This document shows positions 11,626-24,890 of a stretch of DNA of 64,000 nt, one piece after another. Position 1 is the first letter of the stretch. The number at the start of each line of letters is the position of its first letter. A program made the translations under genes and the position numbers. Source of the stretch: Tubulanus polymorphus (lineage: Eukaryota; Animalia; Nemertea); assembly GCF_964204645.1 (NCBI RefSeq), contig NC_134030.1:19428210-19492209 (forward strand), in the 5' to 3' direction. The notes below the pieces were generated by a model, which was given only the letters and a program-made list of their open reading frames with translations, had not been told where the DNA came from and did not search any database.

Positions 11626-14600
11626 GAGTCGTCCAGGGCGTTCATCCTATCAAAATGCAATACTTCACGCTTGTGCGTCGTCGGTCGGTGGCAATCCTAA
11701 GCAATCCTGGGCAGTAAGGTAGATTTTTCTATGGCAAGAAAGTGTGTTACAGACTCTTAAGAATATTATCTTCATTTTTTCTTAGTCATCGGGTTCGAAT
11801 CCTGATTAATACACACAAGATCGCGTGTTGTTTATCGCGAGTTCCGATTAGCAATGTTCCGGCTGGCTAGTCAAAGCTCAGACGATCGGAACCGATCGAT
11901 CCTCGCTTGCCGCAGCTAGCAGCCACAGAATCGATGTAAGCTTATGCGAAAAAAAACTAATTATTGTAAAGCTACGAAAAGAAATCGGACTATCTGTTTT
12001 TCCTATCGGATAAACGGCCAAATATCTACGGGCTCGAGAGCTCCCTTATTTCATCGTTCACTTGGCAACGATAATCCGTGAGCTCCGATCGATTTTCAGA
12101 AATCGGCAGGTGATTTCAAGATGATTGCTATGAAATCTTTCCGCGTGCGTGACGATCGAATAGTTGACGTAAAGAAGGTTTATATCAATATGCAGTCAGA
12201 ACCCGATATATATATTTACAATGTTATTCTACTAATCTATTACCATCTAGAAAACACATACGTATTGCCTCCATGACTTCAGGATACTTTTATCAGCGCA
12301 CTTTCAAAATTTGATCGTTCATACTTAGTTCAGAACTTCGCCCGGGACATTTTTAGTTGAAAATGAACTATAAACACCAGACATTAGACATTTTATCAGC
12401 GAATCATCGAAAACTAATCGTCCACTCTTCGCATGTGTTCAGTGCTTCACGTGAGACATTTTTAATTGAAAATGAACTACAAACACCAGACATTAGACAT
12501 TGAAGACATTGACACAAGCAAATTATCGAAAACTGGCCATCCAAACTTCACAAGTGTTCACAACTTCATCTGAGACATTCGTGATTGAAAATGAACTACA
12601 AACACCATTAGACATTTTATCAGCACACTTTTGAAAACTGATCGTCTACGTAGGGACACTGCAAGTCACGTGACCGGAATTAAAAAGGAGTTTGAATTCC
12701 CTATGTCAGGCTAGGATGACAAGCTTCATTGCAGTTTCACAAAACATATATCCCTAATCTCCTATCAAAAACTATAATTCCAGTGGTGCCATCTAGCGGG
12801 GAAGTGGGAGGTTATATGCGATCAACAAGGTGGGCGGACGAGTGATTTGATGTTCGGTCTCGGAGAATTAATCAAAATAAATCCCTCCTTTGTAAGATTA
12901 GCGGTCGCGTTTCCAATGGCTTCAGCGAATTAATGAATCCATTAATTTTTGCTGGATACGCTTTTTAAACGCGGCGTCGCCGGCGACGGCCGGGGGTCTT
13001 CAATCCATTGATGTCACAATTCAGAAATATTCCAGGTTGACTAATGGCCTACGTTTTAAGACTACGTTTTAAGTCGGTTTGTCGGAATCATTTGAAATTA
13101 AGACATTTATCATAAGCGAAATGCACCGATATTTTAGTTTTGAGTTCAGATTTGTCGGAGTCGGTCGTCCGCACCCGGCAGGCCTGTAGTGAGGGAAACG
13201 CGAGGGCGGATTCATTTTTAGTTGGGCCAAACTGAACGGGGGTATGTGGCGAGGCCTTCTCCGAAAGGAAAGAAATCTTTGAGAATATCCTTTCTGGAAC
13301 AAAATGAGGCGGGACCCTCGTAGAGGTCATCTATCAGGCCGAGGATAAATTAATGTTCCCGTTGTTCGAATACCTGAGGTCGTGTACGTATCGGATGTTG
13401 AACAGATCCAAAGAGAGATTGAAAATATTAGATTTTACGTAACGATTCGATCATACTCATCAACCTAAAAATATGACGAAACATATGAAATGTATATAGC
13501 GAGAAAAGCTGTGCTTTAAATGGCAAGGTCACTTCGGCTGTAGCTGGAGATTTCTTGAGTTTCGAGGCCCAAGCAAGACGTTTTATGACTGTTTGGAGCT
13601 ACCTGGTCTGATAAATGACACCTACGCATCGAGGTTACTTCTCTTCTCTCGCAACCTAGGAGAAACTGAGGGTACCTGACAAAAGATGACCAGTCGCGAG
13701 GCCTTAGTATTGTAGCTCTAAAGTTTTTTTCCGCTCTTTCGACCCAGGAGCAGCGTCATTTAGTCCCAGAAGAGACCATTGATACAATACCATTTACGAT
13801 ACTGGCGCATTCATTCACGGCATATCGTCGTAAATTAATCTTCCACAGATTTCGATTTACTTAAGGATGGAAATTTGGACTAATAACATGTTGGTGAATC
13901 TTCTGAATTAACGTCGCCGAGAAAACGGACTTTTTTCTCGGCAACGGGATGATCATCTTTTCACGAAGTTGTTGTCAACAGTTTTTCTTACTGTGAATTA
14001 ATTCGGATGAAACCGATCGTCTGGCGGCTCGGAAAATGACGTCATATCCATAAATAATGTTTCGAGAGCGAGACATGCTCCAAACCGCCCACCATCCCCC
14101 GTACGGCCAAAAAAAAAATCGAGCACAATATGGCTGACTCATGCCAAAGTTAAATCAGTCCAACTTCGATTATCTGACTTCATTAGGAATCACAGGTATC
14201 TTTAGACCACGACGAGTCTATGATGTAACAACTAAATACCAGTCTAACCTTATTTTTGGTTCTATAACCAAACTGATATTGAGACCAGTCCATGCTTATT
14301 TTGGCTCAATAGCTAATCTAACAACTTAAGTCCAACCAGTCCTAGATAATTTTGGTTCTATGTGTTATCTAACAACATAAGACCAGTTCCAGTTCATTTT
14401 GCTTTTATGAACACTTAAAACTAGTCTATGCTCATTGCTATTCTATGACCTATCTATCAAATTATTACTAAATCTTTTATATTTCATCACAATTTCAAGT
14501 TTAAAGTGGAAATAGATAGTTAAAATAACTTAGGATAAGGAGTTCATTTTAATTGAATAGAGTGAGAGGTTCCCCTCGTCGACTACTGACATCCTGAGTT

Positions 14601-14711
14601 GTTGTTAGATTGGCCAGAGTCTAACCGCTGATTAATTTTCAACCCAAACTTACGAGACCGAAGAGAACTCACGAAACATTATACGAATTGTCGATAGTCT
14701 GTTTAACTTAC

Positions 14712-14777
14712 CTACAGAGGAACGTTTTCCGCGTAGAGCGTGGAATCCCGTCGGGGTTCGTTTTTCCGACAATATTT
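14712..14777 (-). CDS. Tk: Tachykinin precursor coding exon 4, encodes TPTGFHALR-amide
   Basis: Acceptor tgtttctaattgtag| and donor GTAG|GTAAGT. 66 nt, phase 1-1. Reads ILSEKR-TPTGFHALR-GKR-SSV. Confidence 0.92.
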   Translation of the reverse strand, partial: KYCRKNEPRRDSTLYAENVPL

Positions 14778-15610
14778 CTACAATTAGAAACAGCGTAAAC
14801 ACGATAAGATTATAGAATTTCAAACGTTCTCTATAAGACTCGGAGAGGAGCCGTGTTAACCGGGCGTAGAGTGAAAACAACAAGACGAAAAGTACTTTAA
14901 TGGTGAACTATTTAAATGAGGACTTCGTGTCACCGGCTATCCCGCTAGATGGCGTGCGTAACAGTGCGACAACCCCGTCAAAATCTAGTTCATTTTGAAT
15001 GAACATTCATCTAGATTTTTAGCCTCCGTCGTCAGAAATTAGGCAAATCACTCCTCTTGATAAACACAGATGATCTTAGGGTTCATATTTAAGGTGGTTT
15101 TTAACAAATCATCATTCAAGGAATTTGGGAAATTATGGATAGACTTTAATCTAATACGAGAAGAAATCCGGGAGTTGTTGTTTGAGCGCACACTAGCGAA
15201 CCTGGTGAATCCTCGCTGCATCCTCGCTTGCCACAAGTGGAATCCTCGATTGCCACGGTCGAACGTAGAGTCCCCATGAAAGCTCGAGCTTTCACTACTA
15301 GTGTATACTAGCTTCATCGGGTAAATGAATGAGTGACTTGATGAAGCTGATGAAACTTCTTTACTACATTAGTAGCGAAAGCTCGTGCTCCACATAAAAT
15401 AACTAACTTTAGCACTACACATCTCCGAATCTCTGTATTCAAACATATCCAAAACAGATTTAGAATGTGAAAAAGCCTAGAGGGGCGGATCCATGAGCCA
15501 TATCCCATTGTATTCCAGATTCAAAAGGGCCCTTAATTATTCTATACCTTCAGTACACTGAGTGACAGGGAATCATCTGATGTCATAGATCTATGATCTA
15601 TAGATGATCT

Positions 15611-15900
15611 TTTTTTTTTTTCTTTCTATAAATTCTCTTTGTTTTGTTTCTTTATCTTGTTATCTTTGTTTGTTTGTTTTTTGTCTTGTTTTGTTCGTTT
15701 TTTCTTCTCTATTATAACTCAGGAGGGCGGTACATAACACAAGCACCGAGCTTCCTTGTACCGTCCTCGCTGGTTTGTTCTTAAAATACATTCTATATTT
15801 ACATCATTGTAACAATACAAATGTACGTATTATATAACCTATTGTATGAATATATAATGTAAAAACAATCGCAGTAAGTAAAGTTATTACTAATAAATAG
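15611..15900 (+). mobile_element. Probable L2/Crack-type LINE 3' UTR remnant
   Basis: T-rich tract, hairpin gagggcggtaca...acaagc..gctt..tgtaccgtcctc, and an AT-rich end with aataaa. Confidence 0.4.
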
Positions 15901-16006
15901 GGCACCTCCAGTATGTAAAATTATGAGGGGATTCGATAGATGTTGAAGACACCGTCGCCATATTTTCTAGGAAGGCAAAATCTATCTTGAATATCTTGAA
16001 TATTAC

Positions 16007-16072
16007 CTTGTGAAGCACGCTTTCCTCTAACTGCATAAAAACCATTTGGAGGCTGCCGTTTGACTGCATTTG
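16007..16072 (-). CDS. Tk: Tachykinin precursor coding exon 3, encodes pQPPNGFYAVR-amide
   Basis: Acceptor ttttaatattttacag| and donor CAAG|GTAATA. 66 nt, phase 1-1. Reads NAVKR-QPPNGFYAVR-GKR-ASQ (dibasic site, amidation Gly, dibasic site). Confidence 0.92.
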
Positions 16073-16222
16073 CTGTAAAATATTAAAACGAACGCATGTT
16101 TAAAATGATAGTTGTTTTCACAGCGAAATTTCGCTATGAGCAACTTCAGGGCGCCAAAAAAAATATGTTCGTTATAGCCGATAGTTTCCTAGACAGCGGA
16201 ACCTCGTTACAACGAACTCCAG

Positions 16223-16360
16223 GGGCCAGTTGCAGAGTCGTGACTTAAGTCCAAAAGTGGTCTTAAATTTTAAGACTGGTCTTAGGTAGTTGGATTGGCT
16301 ATAAAACTTAGTTGGTCTTAGACTGGTCTTAAGTCTAGGCCATGACTATGCAACCGGCCC
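16223..16360. mobile_element. PIF/Harbinger MITE family C, CAG TSD
   Basis: cag|GGGCCAGTTGCA...TGCAACCGGCCC|cag; inserted in a pogo-TIR-derived array. Confidence 0.85.
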
Positions 16361-17584
16361 CAGGACACCAGAAAATCTGTTCGTTATAACCGATAGACTT
16401 TTTAGACTGTGGAATAACCCCGTTGGAACTAACATCAGGGTATCAGAAAATATGTTCGTTTTAACTGACTGTTCTATCAGCGGAACCTCGTTACAACGAA
16501 CTTCAACGATCTGCTTTGATTTTTTTTTCTACACAAAAATGTTTATAATTAACAAAGTATATAAGATTTACAATATGGTATTTAGACAATACAATCTGGT
16601 TAAAACGAACCTTAGGGCACAAGGTAATCTCTCCATTATTATAACCGATATTGTTGATCAGACAATATATTGTTCCTAGGGCTTTATTTAATCTTCCTAC
16701 ATCGGGTTTTCTACGCAGTCAGCTTTAGCCGAAACATTATGATAAAAGTAAATGGCTAAAAAATTGATAAGTTAAAATTTTTATTACGGACATCAAGGCA
16801 CCAGAAAATAGATATAAACCTATTTATTCTACATCTGTGGCCACATGGCGGAAATTGAAAATTGATGTTCATCCCACGTGGGGAAAGAAATACGATAGTT
16901 TGCAAGTCGTGTTTCTGGTAGACTTCCAGAGATAGAGTTTCAATTTTTCAACTTAATCGCCGCGGTGTCTGGCTGATTCTAGTTCCCGGGAGCCGGTTAC
17001 ATTTCACTTCACTTCTCTTCGAAATTTGTCAATTTACACGTAAACCCAAGGGCTGCTTTTATGTTTGGTCTTGAATTCACTGTGACGTTAAAAGAGGACC
17101 TGAAGTGTTTGAACATCGCACTACTTTGACCAGACTTTATTGTATAGAAATCTGTTGTTTAGAAATCTTGTTCATTGTTTCGTATAAGTCCCGTTGGGTC
17201 TGATTCTAAAACTAAGTTCACCAACTCAATTTAGCTCAGAAATCCCTTTATAGAAGTTTAGTAGGTTTTTTCGCCTAGTTCATGGAGTTTTAAGATTTAG
17301 CCATTCCTCGAGAATTAAGCCCAGATTAAACGTTAGTTTTTCCAGATATCCCCCCGAACTAGGGTTTTAGTCTCCATAAACCCCTAGAATTCGCTGTTTC
17401 AATCGCTCTTCTCATAGAGCCCGTTATCTCACCTTTCCATCGAGGTCAAGTCATCCTCTTCCCCGATAATCCCAGTTTTCACAACCCTAAGAGCGCTGAA
17501 TTTCCCATACACAATGCCCAAACAGCTCGAGATTTAGTTTTTTCTGTAACTCTTATTTTAATTAGGTCCTTTCTAACCCACACC

Positions 17585-17587
<3 letters not shown>

Positions 17588-17641
<54 letters not shown>

Positions 17642-17722
17642 CATCATTATTATCATTATCATTATTATTATCATTATGATAACTATTATTATTGATGTAA
17701 TAATTATCATTGTCATTATCAT
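17588..17722 (+). repeat. (ATT)n/(ATC)n microsatellite
   Basis: Read directly from the sequence. Confidence 0.95.
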
Positions 17723-17923
17723 TAACTTTTTTCAGGGCATCGGCAGCTTCTATGAGTTCAGCCACTAGGCTTGTCGATGTCCTCTCTTTGCATTGATTGC
17801 CATTATTATTATGTTAATTAATCAATATGTTATTTATAATGCTTAGCTAAATAAAGATAATTATATTATATTCTACCCCTACGGTTCAGTTTCAATCCGA
17901 GAATTATACCATTTCTAACTTAC

Positions 17924-18104
17924 GTCGGTTGTAATCACTGCCGTGTTTGAGTTCCATTAGTCTCGTCAGTTCGTTAAGTACGAGTAGATTTTTGTTTTTG
18001 TCGTTACTGAAAGCGGATGACCGATCGATCGTCTCTTCAGATGAGCCACTTCTGTCCCGTTCAACGGGCGAAATGTCAGCGTTGAATATCGAGCTTAACA
18101 TCTC
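17924..18104 (-). CDS. Tk: Tachykinin precursor coding exon 2 (acidic/polar propeptide EMLSS...GSDYNR)
   Basis: Acceptor attgttttgttacag|GAG and donor CGAC|GTAAGT. 181 nt, phase 0 in and phase 1 out, no stops. Phases match both neighbouring exons. Confidence 0.8.
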
Positions 18105-21100
18105 CTGTAACAAAACAATACGATGCAAAAGATGAGCGCCTCGTAGCTTTGAGAAATCAATGGCTGCGGTAATAATGCAGCTTTTTCATCGGCTGTTCAG
18201 GATTTCAGACTCATCTAGCTGAAAACAATACTACAGTCACCAGACATTAGACATTTTATCAGCACACTTTCAAAAACTGATCGTCCACACTTCACATGTG
18301 TTCAGTACTTCACCTGAGACATTTCTAATTGAAAATGAACTACAAACACCAGACATTAGACATTTTATCAGCACACTTTCAAACAATGAACATCCACACT
18401 TCACATGCGTTCGGAATATCGCCTGATGCATTTTCAATAGAAATTGAACAGGCATTATAAATCATATCGGTGCACTTTCAAAAACTACTCATCCATAAGT
18501 TCAGAACTTCACCCGAGACATTTTTGATCGAAAATGAATTATAGACACGAGACATTAGACATTTCATCAGCTCAATTCAAGGATTTTACCAGCGTCCATA
18601 GCATGTATATGAATATCCAAACCTAATGATAAAATCAGTCCATCTAGCGGATGAATAGGTTAGTAGGTCAGTCATCTGTTAGGTGACCTTGCCCATACTC
18701 CAAGGTTTTCATTGTCACCACACGATAGGAGAAGCTGTTCCTATAAGTAAGTTCTAGGTGAATTTGAGATATTTTCGGAGGGCTTCAATTTGCCCCCAAT
18801 ACATGTAAAATCGCTGCTTTCATACAGGTATTCCTTTAGATTCGAATCTTGTTTAGTATAAGCCGCCAGAAAACGCTACTTTGCGGCCATATTTAATATG
18901 AAAGATTGACATCGGATCACATCCTGCTCGCGAACCTGTACCGAAAGACAAAAAATCAATAGAGATCGTCGAATTTGAAAATATCATATTAATACATTGA
19001 TGAATATATGAGCTCTGCCTCATGGCTATATTCGTGGCCATATATCGGTATTGGTATTTTGGATATATTCTTCAAAACGATTTTTGAAGAAGACTTATTT
19101 AACCAGTCGATTTTGCGGCTTCTTTCAATAACGATAGTTAGAAATATCATCTTGATTTAGAAAGCTCGCTTATTGGAACGCTGCCCATTGCCGTTTTCAG
19201 TGCGTAGGTAGATTGGCACAAAACTTTCATGGCACTCGGACGCCTTTTCATGTAATTGATTCTTCTCAGATTCTGTTCTACATCTTTTATTTCTCGAAGA
19301 ATTATGTAGCACCAGACATAATAGATATTTTATCAACACACTTTCAAAAACTGGTCGTCCACACTTCACCTGAGACATTTCTAATTGAAAATGAACTACA
19401 AACACCAGATATTAGACATTTATCAGCACACTTTCAAAAACTGATCGTCCACACTTCACATGTGTTCAGTGCTTCACCTGAAACATTTCTAATTGAAAAT
19501 GAACTACAAACACCAGGCATTAGACATTTTATCAGCGCACTTTCAAAAACTGATCGTCCACCCTTCACACGTGTTCAGTGCTTCACCTGAGACATTTTAA
19601 TCGAAAATGCCAGCACCAGACATTAGACATTTAATCAGCTCACTTTAATTCGAGAATCACTTTCGACTTTAATTTTCATTAATAATATCAGATTTTCTAT
19701 ATCGTCGTCACGACACAGGCCAGGTTTCATCAATGAGAGATGATACAAATTACAGGCAATTCATTAACAACAATTGGCATAAAGGATGACTAGAAAGTAT
19801 CTCAGTAGTTATTATGAATAAATGAATAGCAATGTCAATCAAAAGTTAAGCTGATACAATCGCATTCGCCAGAAGCGTACTAGATTACAGAGACGACGAC
19901 GTCTTCTATAGGGTTCACTACTGCGGGTAACCGAACATCTCAAAAAGCAATTACGTCATAGATCTCATTTTGTGATGAGTATAATCAGTTAATTTAGCAG
20001 AAACGCTAAAAGGTTGGCTGCGTTCCCATTTCAAAAATGAAAGTTATCCTCGAGTTTCTTGATAACACGATCGGTGAAATAAAAGCGAGATGGTTTTTTT
20101 TCAAAAATAAATATTTACACCGTATTTAGGCTAATCCGATGCCTGGGCGTTGTGTCACAAAAGACACGGCGAACTGGGGCCGCTGTGACGGATCCTGCGA
20201 GTGCAATTTCGCGGTCGCTTCCTAATGAAATTGAACGCTATTCTATTTTTCACACGTCGCGGGCAATATTTGCGGAGATAATGGATTAGAAGTTCTTCAC
20301 AGACACAGGCGCACACACCTGAGTTGATATCGAAAAAATCTTCCCTCGACATCGGCGAACCAATTCCGGAGAGAGCGCGCACGCAAACCCGGCTCCGTGC
20401 CTGCAACGAGCTTGTCGGCGTTTATTTCATCTCAAACTTTTAGAGGAACCTCAGTAATCTAATCGAAATGTTCATTCGCTCGAATGAAAGTAGATAACTG
20501 ATAAAATTGCAAACATAGCATCCCTCGTATTTTTATTTCTTTTTTATACATAAAAAGCGTGCATTAAAATAAGTGATTCGTTTCGTCGACGTCTCGCGAG
20601 TAATTTTCGTTTTACGACCGATCGGCGACCGGTTGGTCGTTCGCTGCAGTTAAAACACGAACTCGACGCCCGACGAAGCGACGGCGCCGTTTTGTGTCAA
20701 ATCATCATCAGACGTTCGGTCGAATAAAACCAATCTACAATTCAAACCGAGACGCGTAATTCGATTTCTTCTTCAACTGTTTATTTCGTGGCGTTTATGA
20801 AAATTCAATCAACGAAATGTCAACTCGAATTATCAGCAATTATTCGCCTTTTCCACGGTTGGAATTTTGATAATGGTCGGTGCTTTAAAAAAGTTCAGAC
20901 CAGTCGCGATAATGATAGTAATAGCAATAATAACAATGCTGATGATGAATAAAGATTCAGTGTTGTAGCGATCACGGGTTTTCTGCACATTTCACATTCG
21001 AATCGAAGGAAATGATATTGTAAAAGTTAATATCGTCTGGCATTCGAACCCGATATCGTAATTGGAGGAAATTGAGAAAGTTACGGAAATTGATGCGTGA

Positions 21101-21481
21101 TCTGGGTATCTCGGAGCCATCCTCTTTCTCTGGCACGTAAACGGCGCCACAAAGAAACGATCTAGCTACGCCCGATTTCCTTCAGCAATTAATGCGTACC
21201 ACACTATTACTTTATCTAAACAACGACTTTAAAATAGCATGGACAGCACATACATAAAATCTACTGGGCTTGGAAAAACTGATGTATTTCTGTCATAACT
21301 TTTCATCAGCTTTTTAGTAGTCGAATGATGGGTGAGAGATCTTTTTTTACGTTAACTGGAAAGGGGAAATAATATACACGGGAAAATAACAATATGGGTT
21401 TTTTTGCGGGATCGCTAATAAAGATTTCGGCCAGTCTCTCCGCAGGCACGTTATTCATTACAGAATAGAGCATAAACATCG

Positions 21482-21800
21482 TCAATTCAATTCAACATTC
21501 ATTCTACACAACCATGCATTATACATTTAGTTATGACACCATTTCAACTATAAGCCATCTAACAAAGCCTCATAAAGTAGAGGCCGAACCTTCTCTCTAA
21601 GTGTCTGAATATAAGGTCAGTAAGTGTATTCCTCGTGAAATTAAAAAAATTTAAGATCCATAGAAGCTAAAACAGTACAAATCTCATTTTCTAATGAGTA
21701 ATATATATTCATTAAGCGAACGTTTTCGGGAGTTACATTATCTCCTCTTCGGGCATAGCGCAAGTGATTAAATTTACATATCATACTGGTACTTATATAG
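21482..21800 (-). mobile_element. Degenerate LINE 3' end
   Basis: (GAATT)n-type tail at 21482-95 and a CKFNHLR-like post-knuckle peptide. Isolated tails also at 40677 and 55511. Confidence 0.45.
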
Positions 21801-22230
21801 AATAAGACGAAGCTATTTACAAACGATTTCAAATTACTGAGTGACAAGATAATTACAATTCAAAGATAATTAATTACACACACAATCTAAATTACTGAGT
21901 GACGATATTTGACTAGTAGTTAATTATCTAAAAACATTGAGAATGAATCCTGACCCGTGTTCGAATAGTTGTTGATTAAGGGAGGGCTGTTGAGTTTCGA
22001 TAAAAAGTGCTTCTCTAATTTTGCAATCTAAATCAGAAGATCCTTTATCTAAAATTTTGATATTCTTTTCGCTAAACGAGACCTGACAGTCACGGCAATT
22101 TGACGGATGTTGGCCAATTGCTGAAGTCTAAATATATATTACTCATTAGAAAATGAAATTTGTATTGTTTTTGCTTCTATGGACCTTAAATTATCTAGAC
22201 TATCTAGCTGAGATCTAATTAAAAAAATGG

Positions 22231-22313
22231 TTTGGATACCGAGCCTTGACTGTGCAGCAGGGCCCTCAAACATTTGGATACCGAGCCTTGACTGTGCAGC
22301 AGGGCCCTCAAAC
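22231..22313 (+). repeat. Perfect 42-bp tandem duplication
   Basis: tttggataccgagccttgactgtgcagcagggccctcaaac occurs twice. Confidence 0.95.
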
Positions 22314-22958
22314 GAAATGTGTCGAAAAAAATAAACAAATATGTATGTTTTGATGAACAAAAACTCAACCATTCGAAGTCATTTGTTCTTTTGAAAGCGG
22401 AAATGCACACAAGACGTCAACGACGTCTTTCAAATGTCTGGCAACGACATATATTTCATCATCAATGAAAAAAACCAAGACAAAGTTACTGCACTCAACG
22501 ACTAGAATAGAGTCTATTTTTAATCCACATGTTCAGAAAATGATCTCGGTAACGTTTTTAAGCTCGTCTCGGGTTGCAATCCCGCACCGTAGCATTCAAA
22601 TTACGTAGTCGGCCGAGTTTTGAATAATTAATCAAAACGGCTGAAGTTAACGATTAAATATATGCGTATGTATTCAGAATGTGCGTGATTTATTAAAATC
22701 TTCCCCGCTGTAAACGGACGCCGATTCAACTGAAAGCGCTGCTCGGTGTCTGCTCGGTCCGTGTTTTCTACGGACTATTATTCATATATCGTCAATTTTT
22801 GGCTGCATAAATGAATGGTTACGACAAAACTCACGCACGCACGCATGCACGCACGCACGCACACATACACGCACCGTGGGTTAAATGCCAGCCTATAAAA
22901 CTGGGCCCGGATGGCCCCATTCTTGAACTATTCAGAAAATTTACATCTTTACACTCGA

Positions 22959-23039
22959 CCTAGTTTCCTCATCGCGGGCCTAGTTTCCTCATCGCGGGCC
23001 TAGTTTCCTCATCGCGGGCCTAGTCGCCTCATCGCGGGC
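22959..23039 (+). repeat. 20-bp tandem repeat x4 (cctagtttcctcatcgcggg)
   Basis: Read directly from the sequence. Confidence 0.95.
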
Positions 23040-24061
23040 ATTCTAATCCGATGGGGTCGCGGGACAATGCGTCATCCCGCCCTCGCAGGGATTCGAAACT
23101 ACCGCGAGACTCTGCCGCGTGCCTCGTTAGCGGGCATTTGAAAACTGATGACATCGCGAGACTCTGCCACGTTCCTCCCACACAGGGATTCGAACCTAAT
23201 GACATCGAAAGACTCTGTCACGTTGGGTAACATGGTAAGTCAACTTGAGCGGAACCACTCCTCTTAAGGTCGAAAGCTAAAAACAGCGTTTAAAGCGAAG
23301 CCCTTTCAAACATCACACGATTCTAAATGTTAAACGCTCTTTTTAGATTGTTGCGATTTCCTTTAATCACAAAACATTGAACAACGCGGATCGTCCCAGC
23401 AGTTTAGTTATTTGCCTTTGAAATTCGGAAAACAGGAACGCGATGATTAATACATCGACTTGGCCAAACCGAGTTTATCCGGAGCCGCTCACTTGGGAAA
23501 CGAAAGATCACCCTTCAGCGCAATTAATTTTAGGAGTTATCCTTTGATATAAAAAGCGGTTCATATAACCGTTTTTGAAGTCAATTGGACCAATCATAAC
23601 TCGCGTGTTGACTTGTTTATCTGAACGTAACTGATTTTGATCAACTACCGCGCGATGAACTCGGTCTGAAGAATATTCGCGTCGATACAAACTGCGACCG
23701 TACATCGACGACTTTTAAAAACGCGCTTAACAAGGTGACAAAATATCTTAGTTTTTTCGCCGAACGAAATGAATTATGATCTTTTCGTTCTAACGGAATG
23801 TTTTTCGCGTCTTTTGTAGAGACGAACGTTTATTTCCGAGAAAAAAAACCCATTTCGCAAAAAGAAAACATGTCACATATTTGGATCCAAGGAATCAAGT
23901 ATTTTCAGCTTGTAACCTCTCCTGTCGGAATAACTCAAACCTTGTACCCAGTTCCAAGTTATGAGTTAGAGTTAACTCTGAGATAAAGTTAGTTCATTTT
24001 CAATGAGTTTACTCAGAGTTAAATCTTAATTCAGAACAGTGTAGTGTGAAACTGGGCCCAG

Positions 24062-24200
24062 GGGCCGGTTGCATAGTCGTGGCTTAGACTTAAGACCAGT
24101 CTAAGACCAACTTAGTTCTATAGCCGATCTAACAACTTAAGACCAGTCTTAAGATTTAAAGACCCCTTTTGGACTTAAGTCACGACTGTGGAACTGGCCC
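24062..24200. mobile_element. PIF/Harbinger MITE family C (opposite orientation), abutting a family D MITE at 23945-24058
   Basis: cag|GGGCCGGTTGCA...GGAACTGGCCC|cag. Confidence 0.85.
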
Positions 24201-24532
24201 CAGGTGTACAGAAAAAGCCCGTGACGACCGTATAGGCGACTAGCGATTGGTCCATTAACCTTGTCGAGAATACAGTACGTTCCATTTTAGGAAAAAGAAC
24301 AGGAACTCCCAGGGCAGAGGCTAGGGGTGGGGTGTAACATTTGAGAGAAGTGATTTAAAAATGATACGCACTCGTGCGATTCTGTCTGCCGGATGATGGA
24401 AGGTCATTATCGACGTTGACAAAACCTGGCAAATTCATCATTTATTCAGATTATAGAAATAGACTGCGCTTATTATCGATGACGTGTAGAAATTGTAGGC
24501 TAATTCTCTCTGAGTTTGCAGCGTTGACTGGT

Positions 24533-24890
24533 GGAGAGGGAGAGGTAGAGGTAGAGGTAGAGGTAGAGGGAGAGGTAGAGGTAGAGGGAGAGGGAGAGGG
24601 AGAGGGAGAGGGAGAGGGAGAGGGAGAGGGAGAGGGAGAGGGAGACGGAGACGGAGAGGGAGAGGGAGAGAGAGAGGAAGAGGGAGAGAGACAGGGAGAG
24701 GGGCAGGGAGGGACAGGAAGAGGGACAGGGACAGGGACAGAGAGAGGCCCAGGGACTGGGATGGGAACGGGACAGGGACAGGGAGGGACAGGGACAGAGG
24801 CAGAGAGAGGGACAGGGACCGGGACAGGGACGGGACAGGGACACGGACAGAGACAGGAACAGGGACAGGGACTGGCAGAGGCCAAGGGGA
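24533..24890 (+). repeat. Compound purine-rich hexamer tract (GAGGTA)n-(GAGGGA)n-(GGGACA)n
   Basis: Read directly from the sequence; it explains ORFs 24374-24904 etc. Confidence 0.95.

Noticed and set aside
17430-17500. Extra peptide exon (LSGKR) on the minus strand
   Set aside because: There is a stop codon before the donor in that frame, and the alternative frame has the wrong phase.
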